Shown here piece by piece: positions 51,442-59,394 of a stretch of DNA of 64,000 bases. The stretch covers positions 11,174 to 75,173 of the forward strand of contig JAFTVI010000036.1 of NCBI GenBank assembly GCA_017465825.1. The letters are read 5' to 3'. Every line of letters starts with the position of its first letter. The first letter of the stretch is position 1. Origin of the DNA: Clostridia bacterium. Lineage in GTDB: Bacteria > Bacillota > Clostridia > Oscillospirales > Acutalibacteraceae. Below the pieces are notes generated by a model. The model had not been told where the DNA came from and did no database searches. It saw only the letters and a program-made list of their open reading frames with translations. The position numbers and the translations under genes were made by a program.

Positions 51442-54400
51442 TTAATAGTAAACTTTTATAGTCTTGATTTCAAAAGGTCTGAATGAAACATTCATATCAT
51501 CAAGCACGCACTGTGTTTCTTCAAGCATATTTGTGATTTCACACTTCTTTGCATTGGGGAAGGAGAGTGTTGCATTTGTTCTTGTGCCCTCTGCCTCATA
51601 CATACGCACGATGTATGCATTCTCTGCATCCTCGCAGGGTTTTACTGCTTCAATAAAGATGTTTGACTTGTCAACACCGCAGAGTGCATCAAATGTGTAT
51701 TCGCCCTTTGCCGCAATAACGGGAATGTTAAGCATATAAGAAGGTCTTATGACGTTCTCGGAGCTGAAACCGCCGTTGTGAGGAAGAAGTGAATATGTGC
51801 ACTTGTGAAGTCCGTCGTGATCGCCGAGTGCATCGGGATGTGTGCCGCCCTTGTGGAGAGAAAGACGCATATTGCCGCCCTCAACAGAAATACCGTATTT
51901 GCAGTCGTTGAGAAGTGCCGCACCGTATCTTGACTCGGAAAGGTCTGTATATTTGTGGTTGACAACCTCAAATTTAGCCTGTTCTTCGGAATTGTTGCGT
52001 GTTGTAGGACGCTTAACGTAACCGAACTGAATTTCGTGACGTGCAAAATCCTCGCTGATGTTTGTATCAAATGCAGTCTTGAGAAGTCTGTGATTGTCCT
52101 GCCAATCCATAACTGTATCAAATCTTACTTCTGCTGAATCAGCAAAGAAGATCATATCCTGCTTTATTGTTGATTTTGCGGAAATCTTATATTCACTTCT
52201 GATAATGTAAGCCGCCGCACCTGCTGATACAACCTCTCTTGAAACAAGCTCTGATGCATCTTCAAACTTACCCTGAACGTCTGCGTCGATATCCCAGTTA
52301 TCCCAGGCTGTGGGAAGGTCTTCAGCCATAAGGAATGTGTTAAGGTTGTAGCCGTCGCCTACGATTTCTCTGTCAGCAGTCTTGTCAATAAATGAACAGA
52401 TAGTGCCGTTATCAGCAAATTTGACACTTGCAAAAGGTGTTTCGAGTGTGTTTGCATCAGCTGTGAATGCACTTGCCGTGTCAGGTTCACCCTTTTTCAT
52501 CTTAACGGTAACGCTTGACATTGCAGGAACCGTAATTCCGCTTACAATAAGCTTTTTGTTGCCCTCAAGGTCTGTGTATACCTGCTGTCTGCAGTCAGCA
52601 TCAACAATGTAACCCTCGTAAGGCATAAAGATTGCATCGTTTCTGTCGAATGAAAGTGTGTTGATGAATGTAACGCTGTTGTTATCATCAGCATTTACAA
52701 TAGCCTCAATCTGCTCTTTTGCATTGTTGATGAGGGCTGTTGTCTGTTCACGGCTCTCAACGTGAGCTCTTGCAAGACAGGTTCCGGGGAGAATATCGTG
52801 GAACTGATTTATAAGTAATGTTTCGTAAAGAGGCGCAATTTTTTCACCTGATGCCGCTTTGCCGTTCTTTTTAGCCTCGTTTACTGTAAGGATTTCAAGG
52901 TCACGGAGTGCAAGCTCTGACTTTCTGTTGTTTCTCTTGATTGTGTGCTGGTTTGTAAGAGTACCTCTGTGAAGCTCAAGGTAAAGCTCACCCTTGTATG
53001 TGTTGGGATTTACAGCTGTAGCCTCAAGGTCTTTCATAAAGTCGCTTACGGTCATATGCTTTGATTTGCCTACACCGTCAAGGTCTTCAATTCTCTTTGC
53101 AAGCTCGACCATTTCAAACTGAGGTCCGCCGCCGCCGTCGCCGAAGCCGTATGAGAGCAGACGCTTGTTTGTAACGCTCTTCTGACACATCATTTCCTTT
53201 GTTTCTCTTACCATTGTTGCTGCATCGGGGAAAATGTGAGTTCTGTTGAAATGAGTGAACACGCTTGTTCCGTCAAGACCAACCCAATTGAATGTATCGT
53301 AGGGGAATGAGTTTGTATCGTTCCAGCTGAGCTTTGTTGTAAGGAAATAATCAACATTGCATCCCTTCATAATCTGGGGGATAGCTGCTGAATAACCGAA
53401 CGTATCGGGAAGCCAGAAGCAGTCGGATGTGTAATTAAAATACTTTCTTGTAAATCTCTGTCCCCAGAGGAACTGACGAATCATTGATTCACCGGATGTA
53501 ATGTTGCAGTCGCACTCGACCCATACGCCGCCGTTGGGCTCGTATCTGCCTTCTTTTACCTTTTCTGCGATTCTCTCAAACAGCTCGGGATAATTCTTTC
53601 TTATCATATCCGAATGGCAGGCTGATGACTGAACAAACATATACTCAGGGTACTGCTCCATAAGGTTAAGCGCGTTTGCGTATGTTCTTGTAACCTTCTT
53701 TTCTGTTTCGCCAACGTGCCACAGCCAGGCAGTATCCATATGTGAGTGACCGATAATTGCCGCAAAAGGAGCTGAATCTTCGGACTTCATAGCAAGAACA
53801 GCCTTGAGAGCGGGCGCAGATGCTCTGATACCTGCCATAAACGTATCAATGTCTGTATCTTCAAGGGCGTAATGAACCTTGTTATGTACTTCGTAGAGAG
53901 CGTTTACAGCCTTGCCTCTCATAAAGTTGTCTTTATCAAGAGTTTTTGCAAGCTGTAATACTGTTACAAGGTCAAAATAGTATTCCTGAATTTCATAGTT
54001 CTTTGTGCAGATGTCAGCACCGTTGTAAAGGAAGTTGTAATTCTTGATACAGGCATCCTCATAAGGGTGACAGCCGGGCATATCGTGACCGCCGTAGTAT
54101 TCGATAACGATATTAAGGTTATCGCCTGCTTTTGCGTTCTTTTTGATCATATCACAGTAATGGTTGCCGTGACCTGTGTAAACGATTTTTGTGGCAAATG
54201 TGCCCATTGTTCTGCCGTTTACAAAAAGAAGAGCCTCGTAGCCTTCCATATGGGGCTTGATGAAAAGATCCTTGCCGTTGAGATTTTCGGGTACTGTGTA
54301 TGATGATTTGTACCAGCTGTAAGCATCCTTGCCGTACCATGTTGAGCCTCTTTCAACTGATGAGAAAAGAGAATCATCGGGTATTTCGTGAAGCCTGTCC

Positions 54401-54519
54401 TTTGTAACGTACTGTGTAAAGTCGATGGTTTCCTGTGTTTCAAAAATCATCGGCTCTAAAAGCTCGGTAAACCTGGCTATTTTATCAATCAGTTTACCAA
54501 TCTGGGGTTCGTTAAGCAT
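51442..54519 (-). CDS. GH38 alpha-mannosidase
   Basis: 1025 aa. HSHMDTAWLW, WLPDTFGYS. SD GAGGTGA. Confidence 0.9.
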   Translation of the reverse strand: MLNEPQIGKLIDKIARFTELLEPMIFETQETIDFTQYVTKDRLHEIPDDSLFSSVERGSTWYGKDAYSWYKSSYTVPENLNGKDLFIKPHMEGYEALLFVNGRTMGTFATKIVYTGHGNHYCDMIKKNAKAGDNLNIVIEYYGGHDMPGCHPYEDACIKNYNFLYNGADICTKNYEIQEYYFDLVTVLQLAKTLDKDNFMRGKAVNALYEVHNKVHYALEDTDIDTFMAGIRASAPALKAVLAMKSEDSAPFAAIIGHSHMDTAWLWHVGETEKKVTRTYANALNLMEQYPEYMFVQSSACHSDMIRKNYPELFERIAEKVKEGRYEPNGGVWVECDCNITSGESMIRQFLWGQRFTRKYFNYTSDCFWLPDTFGYSAAIPQIMKGCNVDYFLTTKLSWNDTNSFPYDTFNWVGLDGTSVFTHFNRTHIFPDAATMVRETKEMMCQKSVTNKRLLSYGFGDGGGGPQFEMVELAKRIEDLDGVGKSKHMTVSDFMKDLEATAVNPNTYKGELYLELHRGTLTNQHTIKRNNRKSELALRDLEILTVNEAKKNGKAASGEKIAPLYETLLINQFHDILPGTCLARAHVESREQTTALINNAKEQIEAIVNADDNNSVTFINTLSFDRNDAIFMPYEGYIVDADCRQQVYTDLEGNKKLIVSGITVPAMSSVTVKMKKGEPDTASAFTADANTLETPFASVKFADNGTICSFIDKTADREIVGDGYNLNTFLMAEDLPTAWDNWDIDADVQGKFEDASELVSREVVSAGAAAYIIRSEYKISAKSTIKQDMIFFADSAEVRFDTVMDWQDNHRLLKTAFDTNISEDFARHEIQFGYVKRPTTRNNSEEQAKFEVVNHKYTDLSESRYGAALLNDCKYGISVEGGNMRLSLHKGGTHPDALGDHDGLHKCTYSLLPHNGGFSSENVIRPSYMLNIPVIAAKGEYTFDALCGVDKSNIFIEAVKPCEDAENAYIVRMYEAEGTRTNATLSFPNAKKCEITNMLEETQCVLDDMNVSFRPFEIKTIKVYY

Positions 54520-54584
54520 AAAATCACCTCAAAAAATTATTACCGACATTATACAACAATCATTATTTTTTTTCAATATATAGA

Positions 54585-54613
54585 TTGAATTTTTAATAAG
54601 AATATTATATAAT
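54585..54613 (+). promoter_or_regulatory. promoter placed for a leaderless HAD transcript
   Basis: TTGAAT (54585-54590), 17 nt, TATAAT (54608-54613). ATG at 54620, only 6 nt after the -10 box, with no SD. Confidence 0.55.
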
Positions 54614-54619
54614 GATTTT

Positions 54620-55192
54620 ATGAATGTTTACGATTTTGATAACACAATTTATGACGGCGAAAGCTTCTGGGATTTCTTTATCGAATACGTTAAGGTAAAC
54701 CGCACGTTTGTCCGTTACATACCGAAAGTAATCGTTGCATTTGCTAAATACAAGCTCGGAAAAATAACCGTTGAGCAGATGATGACTGACTATGCTCCGG
54801 TTATAAAAAAATGCTACTGTGACTATGATAAATGGGAGGAATTCACGGTAAAATTCTGGGATGAGCATATGCATAAGATTAAAAGCTTTTACAGCGAAGT
54901 CCGCAAGGATGATGATGTTATTTTAACCGCATCACCGGAGCTGACAATTAACGAAATTGCAAAACGGTTGGGTATAAGGCACGCTGTATGCTCTAAAATT
55001 GACAGTGCTACAGGTGAGATAACCCGCATATGTATGCGGCAGAATAAGATTATCGCATTAAAAGAGGAATTCGGTGACGATGTGGAAATTGACGATTTCT
55101 ATACCGATTCAATAGCGAATGACGGATTCTTTGCCGAGCACGCAAAAAGGGTGTTTCTTGTAAAAGGCGATAAAATAACACAGATAAAATAA
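54620..55192 (+). CDS. HAD-superfamily hydrolase (subfamily IB-like)
   Basis: 190 aa. N-terminal DFDNT (DxDxT) motif and a late ..DSIANDG.. motif. Confidence 0.8.
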   Translation: MNVYDFDNTIYDGESFWDFFIEYVKVNRTFVRYIPKVIVAFAKYKLGKITVEQMMTDYAPVIKKCYCDYDKWEEFTVKFWDEHMHKIKSFYSEVRKDDDVILTASPELTINEIAKRLGIRHAVCSKIDSATGEITRICMRQNKIIALKEEFGDDVEIDDFYTDSIANDGFFAEHAKRVFLVKGDKITQIK

Positions 55193-55197
55193 CAAAA

Positions 55198-55227
55198 AAG
55201 GCGTAAGGTTTTAATACTTTACGCCTT
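55198..55227 (+). terminator. terminator after the HAD gene
   Basis: AAGGCGTAA-N12-TTACGCCTT with a T-rich tail. Confidence 0.65.
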
Positions 55228-55442
55228 ATTGTATTCTGTAAAGAAAGTAACTTTACATATATAGGTGTATAAAAATAATGCAAAGTGAATTTACTTTACA
55301 TTGCCTGTTTTGAACACCAAAATGTTCAAAACTCTGTTGAAAATGTTTAAAACCGTGAAAAAATGTGTAAAAATTGTAAAGTAAATATACTTTTCAGCTT
55401 GTTTTTTTATCAGATTCAAAAAGTGATATGCAATTGTTATAT

Positions 55443-56072
55443 TCATTTATCTTTCGATAAATAATCTTTCAGCATTTCTGCGTATTCTACTATCTTGAAT
55501 CGTACTTCGTACTTTTCACTTTCAAGAACTATGCTTTTCTGGTTTTTGCTGAATATCCCGTTCAGTTTATCCGTGTCCGTTTCCTCTGCGGCAGGCAGAC
55601 AGAGTGATGGGAACATAACGCACCACCAGTTTTTTCCGACGCCTTCGCCTATAACTATCTTCAGTGCAAGGTATTTTCCTGCAGGCAATGTAACCGAATC
55701 GTCATAAACCCTTGTTGCAAAATATTCAGTTTCGAGTGTCACTTTCACGGAATAGTTATATCCGTTTTCAGTAATAACAGTCTGCGCGATTTGAGTTAAA
55801 TTCTCAATTTCAGGTGTAATCTTAGCCTTTGCATCTTCGGGAGTTATTGAGCCGTCGAAGATATCGGGACATTCAGCAAGTACAGCATCCCTGACTTTTA
55901 GCTTCAGCTGCTGGTCGGCATCACTGTCTGAATTTGCAATAATGTGCAGTCTTATTACATCATCACGGATTGTCTGGCAGGAATACGCGAATGTTGAAAC
56001 GTTGTATAAAAGCAGAAATATAAGTGCAACAACAGCGCCGATTGTAAGATTTGTATGTTTCTGTTTTGTCAT
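55443..56072 (-). CDS. spoIIR: stage II sporulation protein R
   Basis: 209 aa. Signal anchor, ..VIRLHIIANSDSDADQQLKLKVRDAVL.., ..NWWCVMFPSLC.. Confidence 0.85.
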   Translation of the reverse strand: MTKQKHTNLTIGAVVALIFLLLYNVSTFAYSCQTIRDDVIRLHIIANSDSDADQQLKLKVRDAVLAECPDIFDGSITPEDAKAKITPEIENLTQIAQTVITENGYNYSVKVTLETEYFATRVYDDSVTLPAGKYLALKIVIGEGVGKNWWCVMFPSLCLPAAEETDTDKLNGIFSKNQKSIVLESEKYEVRFKIVEYAEMLKDYLSKDK

Positions 56073-56101
56073 ATTTTTATGTTCCTTCCGAATAAAAAAT
56101 T

Positions 56102-56129
56102 GCCGTCTGTCAGATTAATGATAGACGGC
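56102..56129. terminator. hairpin after ispE
   Basis: GCCGTCT-N14-AGACGGC with T runs on both strands. Confidence 0.6.
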
Positions 56130-56149
56130 TTTTTCCATAAATATTCAAT

Positions 56150-57022
56150 TTATTCAACAACTTCAACAGATTTTTTCACAGGTACGGTTTCAAATACATA
56201 CCTGAATTTATCTCTCAATGCATCTGCGCACTTCTTGGCATCCTTTTCTTTTTCAAAAATGCCGAATACCGCAGTTCCGCTGCCTGTCATCATTGCCATC
56301 ATAGCATTGTGATTTCGCATAATTGCTTTGATTTTTACTCTGTCACTTACCTCAACAACCTGTTCAAATACATTTGAAGCCTTGTAGCACATAGTTTTTA
56401 AATCCTGCTGTGTAGCGGCAAAAAGGAATCCCTCATTGTCGGGATGTCTTATCCATTCTGCGGCATCAAAGTTTGCATATGCGGCTTTTGTGGAAACACC
56501 CTGCTCAGGTTTTACTATTACTATATAACATTCGGGTAAATCCGGTAATTTTGCCATTACCTCGCCCTTGTTAAGACAAAGCCTCGTTCCGCCTGCTATG
56601 CAGAAGGGCACGTCTGCACCAACTTTTTCACCAAGCTGATACATTTCATCTTCACTCAGTCTGTTGTCAAAGAGATGATTGAGCCCCTTTATAACAGCAG
56701 CGGCATCGGCACTTCCACCTGCCATACCTGCCTGTACGGGTATAAGCTTATCTATATAAATGTCCGCACCGTGAACAGTATCGCCGATATATTCAAAAAA
56801 GTATTCAGCGGCTTTGTATGCCGTGTTTTTGTTTGTTGTGGGAATGTAGGGCAGTGAACAGGATAATTTGATTTTTCCGCTGTCGTTGAGCTTTAATGTG
56901 ACTGTATCATAAAGACCTACGGACTGCATAACCGTGTAAATGCTGTGATAACCGTTTTCCAGAACGGCAGTAAGGTCAAGAATAAGATTTACTTTAGCGG
57001 CGGCTTTGATTGTTGTTTGCAT
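56150..57022 (-). CDS. ispE: 4-diphosphocytidyl-2-C-methyl-D-erythritol kinase
   Basis: 290 aa. ..AAKVNLILDL.., GMAGGSADAAA (GHMP kinase). Confidence 0.85.
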   Translation of the reverse strand: MQTTIKAAAKVNLILDLTAVLENGYHSIYTVMQSVGLYDTVTLKLNDSGKIKLSCSLPYIPTTNKNTAYKAAEYFFEYIGDTVHGADIYIDKLIPVQAGMAGGSADAAAVIKGLNHLFDNRLSEDEMYQLGEKVGADVPFCIAGGTRLCLNKGEVMAKLPDLPECYIVIVKPEQGVSTKAAYANFDAAEWIRHPDNEGFLFAATQQDLKTMCYKASNVFEQVVEVSDRVKIKAIMRNHNAMMAMMTGSGTAVFGIFEKEKDAKKCADALRDKFRYVFETVPVKKSVEVVE

Positions 57023-57146
57023 ATTAACACCTCAGTAATATATTACCTGTATTTTGGAAAATTTTCAATAATTTTTTTACAAAATATTGTAAAGTGAGTA
57101 AGTTTGTGGTAACATAATGAAGATATTTTTTTGTTTGGTGATAGAT

Positions 57147-57962
57147 ATGGTTTATAAAAATATGGTAGATATGCACACTCACACGGATAATTCCTTTGAC
57201 GGTAATCATTCCCCTGTGTATATGTGTGATTCAGCCTGCAACAAAAATTTGCGTGCAATAGCATTTACCGACCATTGCGAGGTTGATGCTTTTTATAATG
57301 ATAACGGCGAAAGAAACGTACGTCAGGCTTTTTTTGAAATTGCAAAGGCAAAAAGCGCATTTACAGGTAAATTGCTTGTACTTAACGGTATTGAGCTCGG
57401 TCAGCCTGCCTACGATATTCCCACAGCTGAAAAGATTATTGCATCACAGAAGTTTGACGTTGTAATCGGTTCGGTTCATAATCTGAGAAATAAGCAGGAC
57501 TTCTATTTTATTGAAGATTTTACAAATATGGATGTTGAAGCTGAGCTGAAAGAATATTTCGGCGAAATTCTGACTATGCTTGAATGGGGCAATTTTGACA
57601 TCCTTGCGCACCTTACATATCCTTTCCGTTATTTGTATTCAAGAAATAACATAAGAGAAGATATTAATAAGTACAAAGCACAGGTTGATGAGATATTAAA
57701 GCTTGCGGCTGAAAAGAACATTGCACTTGAAATCAATTCAGCTGGTCTGCGTCAGCCTATTGACCGTCTTTCTCCCGAAATCGGCACTGTAAAACGTTTC
57801 AAAGAGCTTGGCGGTAAGCTTGTTTCGGTCGGCTCCGATGCTCATTTTGCAAAGGATATCGGCGTTGGCATAAAGGATGCAATGTCAGCGGCTAAAGATG
57901 CCGGATTTGACAGCGTTACGATCTTCCAGAAAAGACAGCCGGTTGAAATACCAATAGAATAA
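57147..57962 (+). CDS. PHP-family phosphoesterase (HisJ-like histidinol phosphatase family)
   Basis: 271 aa from ATG 57147 (GGTGA 5 nt upstream; the track start is 57117). MVDMHTHTDNSFDG metal motif. Start uncertain. Confidence 0.65.
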   Translation: MVYKNMVDMHTHTDNSFDGNHSPVYMCDSACNKNLRAIAFTDHCEVDAFYNDNGERNVRQAFFEIAKAKSAFTGKLLVLNGIELGQPAYDIPTAEKIIASQKFDVVIGSVHNLRNKQDFYFIEDFTNMDVEAELKEYFGEILTMLEWGNFDILAHLTYPFRYLYSRNNIREDINKYKAQVDEILKLAAEKNIALEINSAGLRQPIDRLSPEIGTVKRFKELGGKLVSVGSDAHFAKDIGVGIKDAMSAAKDAGFDSVTIFQKRQPVEIPIE

Positions 57963-57979
57963 TTTTGGAGATGAATTAA

Positions 57980-59350
57980 TTGTTTGAAGCAGATAAATAC
58001 CTTGATACCGTAAAAAGGATTCATTTTATCGGTATCGGCGGTTCCGGAATGTGTCCTCTTGCGGAGATCTTACATTCCAAGGGATATGAGCTTACGGGCT
58101 CTGATAATAACGAAACGGACACTCTTGCAAGAATTAAAAATCTCGGTATACCCGTTGTTCTCGGTCAGAAGGCAGAGAATATAAAAGATGCCGAAATGAT
58201 TATATACACAGCCGCTATACAAAAGGATAATCCCGAGCTGATTGCCGCATTTGAAAGCGGAATTCCCACTTTCGAGCGTTCAAAGCTGCTCGGTGCAGTT
58301 TCAAGAAAGTTCGGCAATTGTATCGGTATCAGCGGTACTCACGGTAAAACCACGGTTACGTCAATGCTTACGCAGATTCTCATAAATGCAGGTGTTGACC
58401 CATCAGCCGTTATCGGCGGTAAATTACCAATGACAGGCACTAACGGCATTACAGGCAATTCTGATATTTTTGTGTGTGAAGCCTGCGAATATTCAAATAC
58501 ATTCCTTGAACTGTCGCCAAAGTGCAGTGTTATTCTTAACGTTGACGCAGACCACCTTGAATTTTTCAAGACTATGGATAATCTTCGCCATTCATTTGTT
58601 GAATTTGCATCTATGGCAGAAACCGTTATTTATAACGGCGATGATGAAAACACATTAAAGGTTATAGCCGAAACAGGGGATAAAAAATATATCACCTTCG
58701 GTCTTGACTGCAGAAACGATTGGTATGCCGACAACTTCTCTGTTGATAACGGCGCGTATTCCTGCTTTGATGTTTATTATAAAGGTAAAAAGCAGGGCAG
58801 AGCGGCTCTTTCCGTGCCCGGCAAGCACAATATTTATAACGCTCTTGCGGCAATAGCATCTGCCGTGTATGCAGGGGTTGATGCAAAAACAGCCATTGAA
58901 CTGCTCCACGATTTTTACGGCGCAGGCAGACGTTTTGAAAAACTGGGCGAATATAAGGGCATTACATTTGTTGACGATTATGCTCATCATCCTACGGAGC
59001 TTAAGGTCACTCTTGAAGCCGCCAAAAAGATGAACTACAATAAAGTGATTGCAGTTTTTCAGCCCTTTACTTATTCAAGAACGGCAATGCTCCTTGACGA
59101 TTTTGCTGAGGTTCTCTCAATTGCGGATAAGGTTGTTATGACCGAGATAATGGGCTCGAGAGAGAAAAATACCTATAATATTTATTCTGCCGATCTTGCG
59201 GCAAAAATCCCCGACAGCGAATGGTATCCCACATTTGAAGAAGTTTCAAAGCGTGTGCAGGAGCTTGCGGACGAGGGAGATATTGTAATCACTCTCGGAT
59301 GCGGCGATGTTTATAAAATCGCAAAAATGATAATTAATGATTTAAAATAA
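57980..59350 (+). CDS. murC: UDP-N-acetylmuramate--L-alanine ligase
   Basis: 456 aa, TTG start with GGAG 9 nt upstream. IHFIGIGGSGM, GTHGKTT. Confidence 0.9.
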   Translation: MFEADKYLDTVKRIHFIGIGGSGMCPLAEILHSKGYELTGSDNNETDTLARIKNLGIPVVLGQKAENIKDAEMIIYTAAIQKDNPELIAAFESGIPTFERSKLLGAVSRKFGNCIGISGTHGKTTVTSMLTQILINAGVDPSAVIGGKLPMTGTNGITGNSDIFVCEACEYSNTFLELSPKCSVILNVDADHLEFFKTMDNLRHSFVEFASMAETVIYNGDDENTLKVIAETGDKKYITFGLDCRNDWYADNFSVDNGAYSCFDVYYKGKKQGRAALSVPGKHNIYNALAAIASAVYAGVDAKTAIELLHDFYGAGRRFEKLGEYKGITFVDDYAHHPTELKVTLEAAKKMNYNKVIAVFQPFTYSRTAMLLDDFAEVLSIADKVVMTEIMGSREKNTYNIYSADLAAKIPDSEWYPTFEEVSKRVQELADEGDIVITLGCGDVYKIAKMIINDLK

Positions 59351-59357
59351 AGTTTAA

Positions 59358-59394
59358 GACCGTATGACAGTTAAGCCATACGGTCAGTTTTTTT
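59358..59394 (+). terminator. rho-independent terminator after murC
   Basis: GACCGTATG-N10-CATACGGTC, then AGTTTTTTT. Abuts the stop of the convergent kinase gene. Confidence 0.85.

Noticed and set aside
55322-55384. 20-codon ORF encoding a cationic amphipathic peptide, MFKTLLKMFKTVKKCVKIVK.
   Set aside because: There is no SD or convincing promoter. The periodic sequence follows directly from the phased A-tract DNA repeats. It is kept only as a remote possibility under the intergenic-structure finding.
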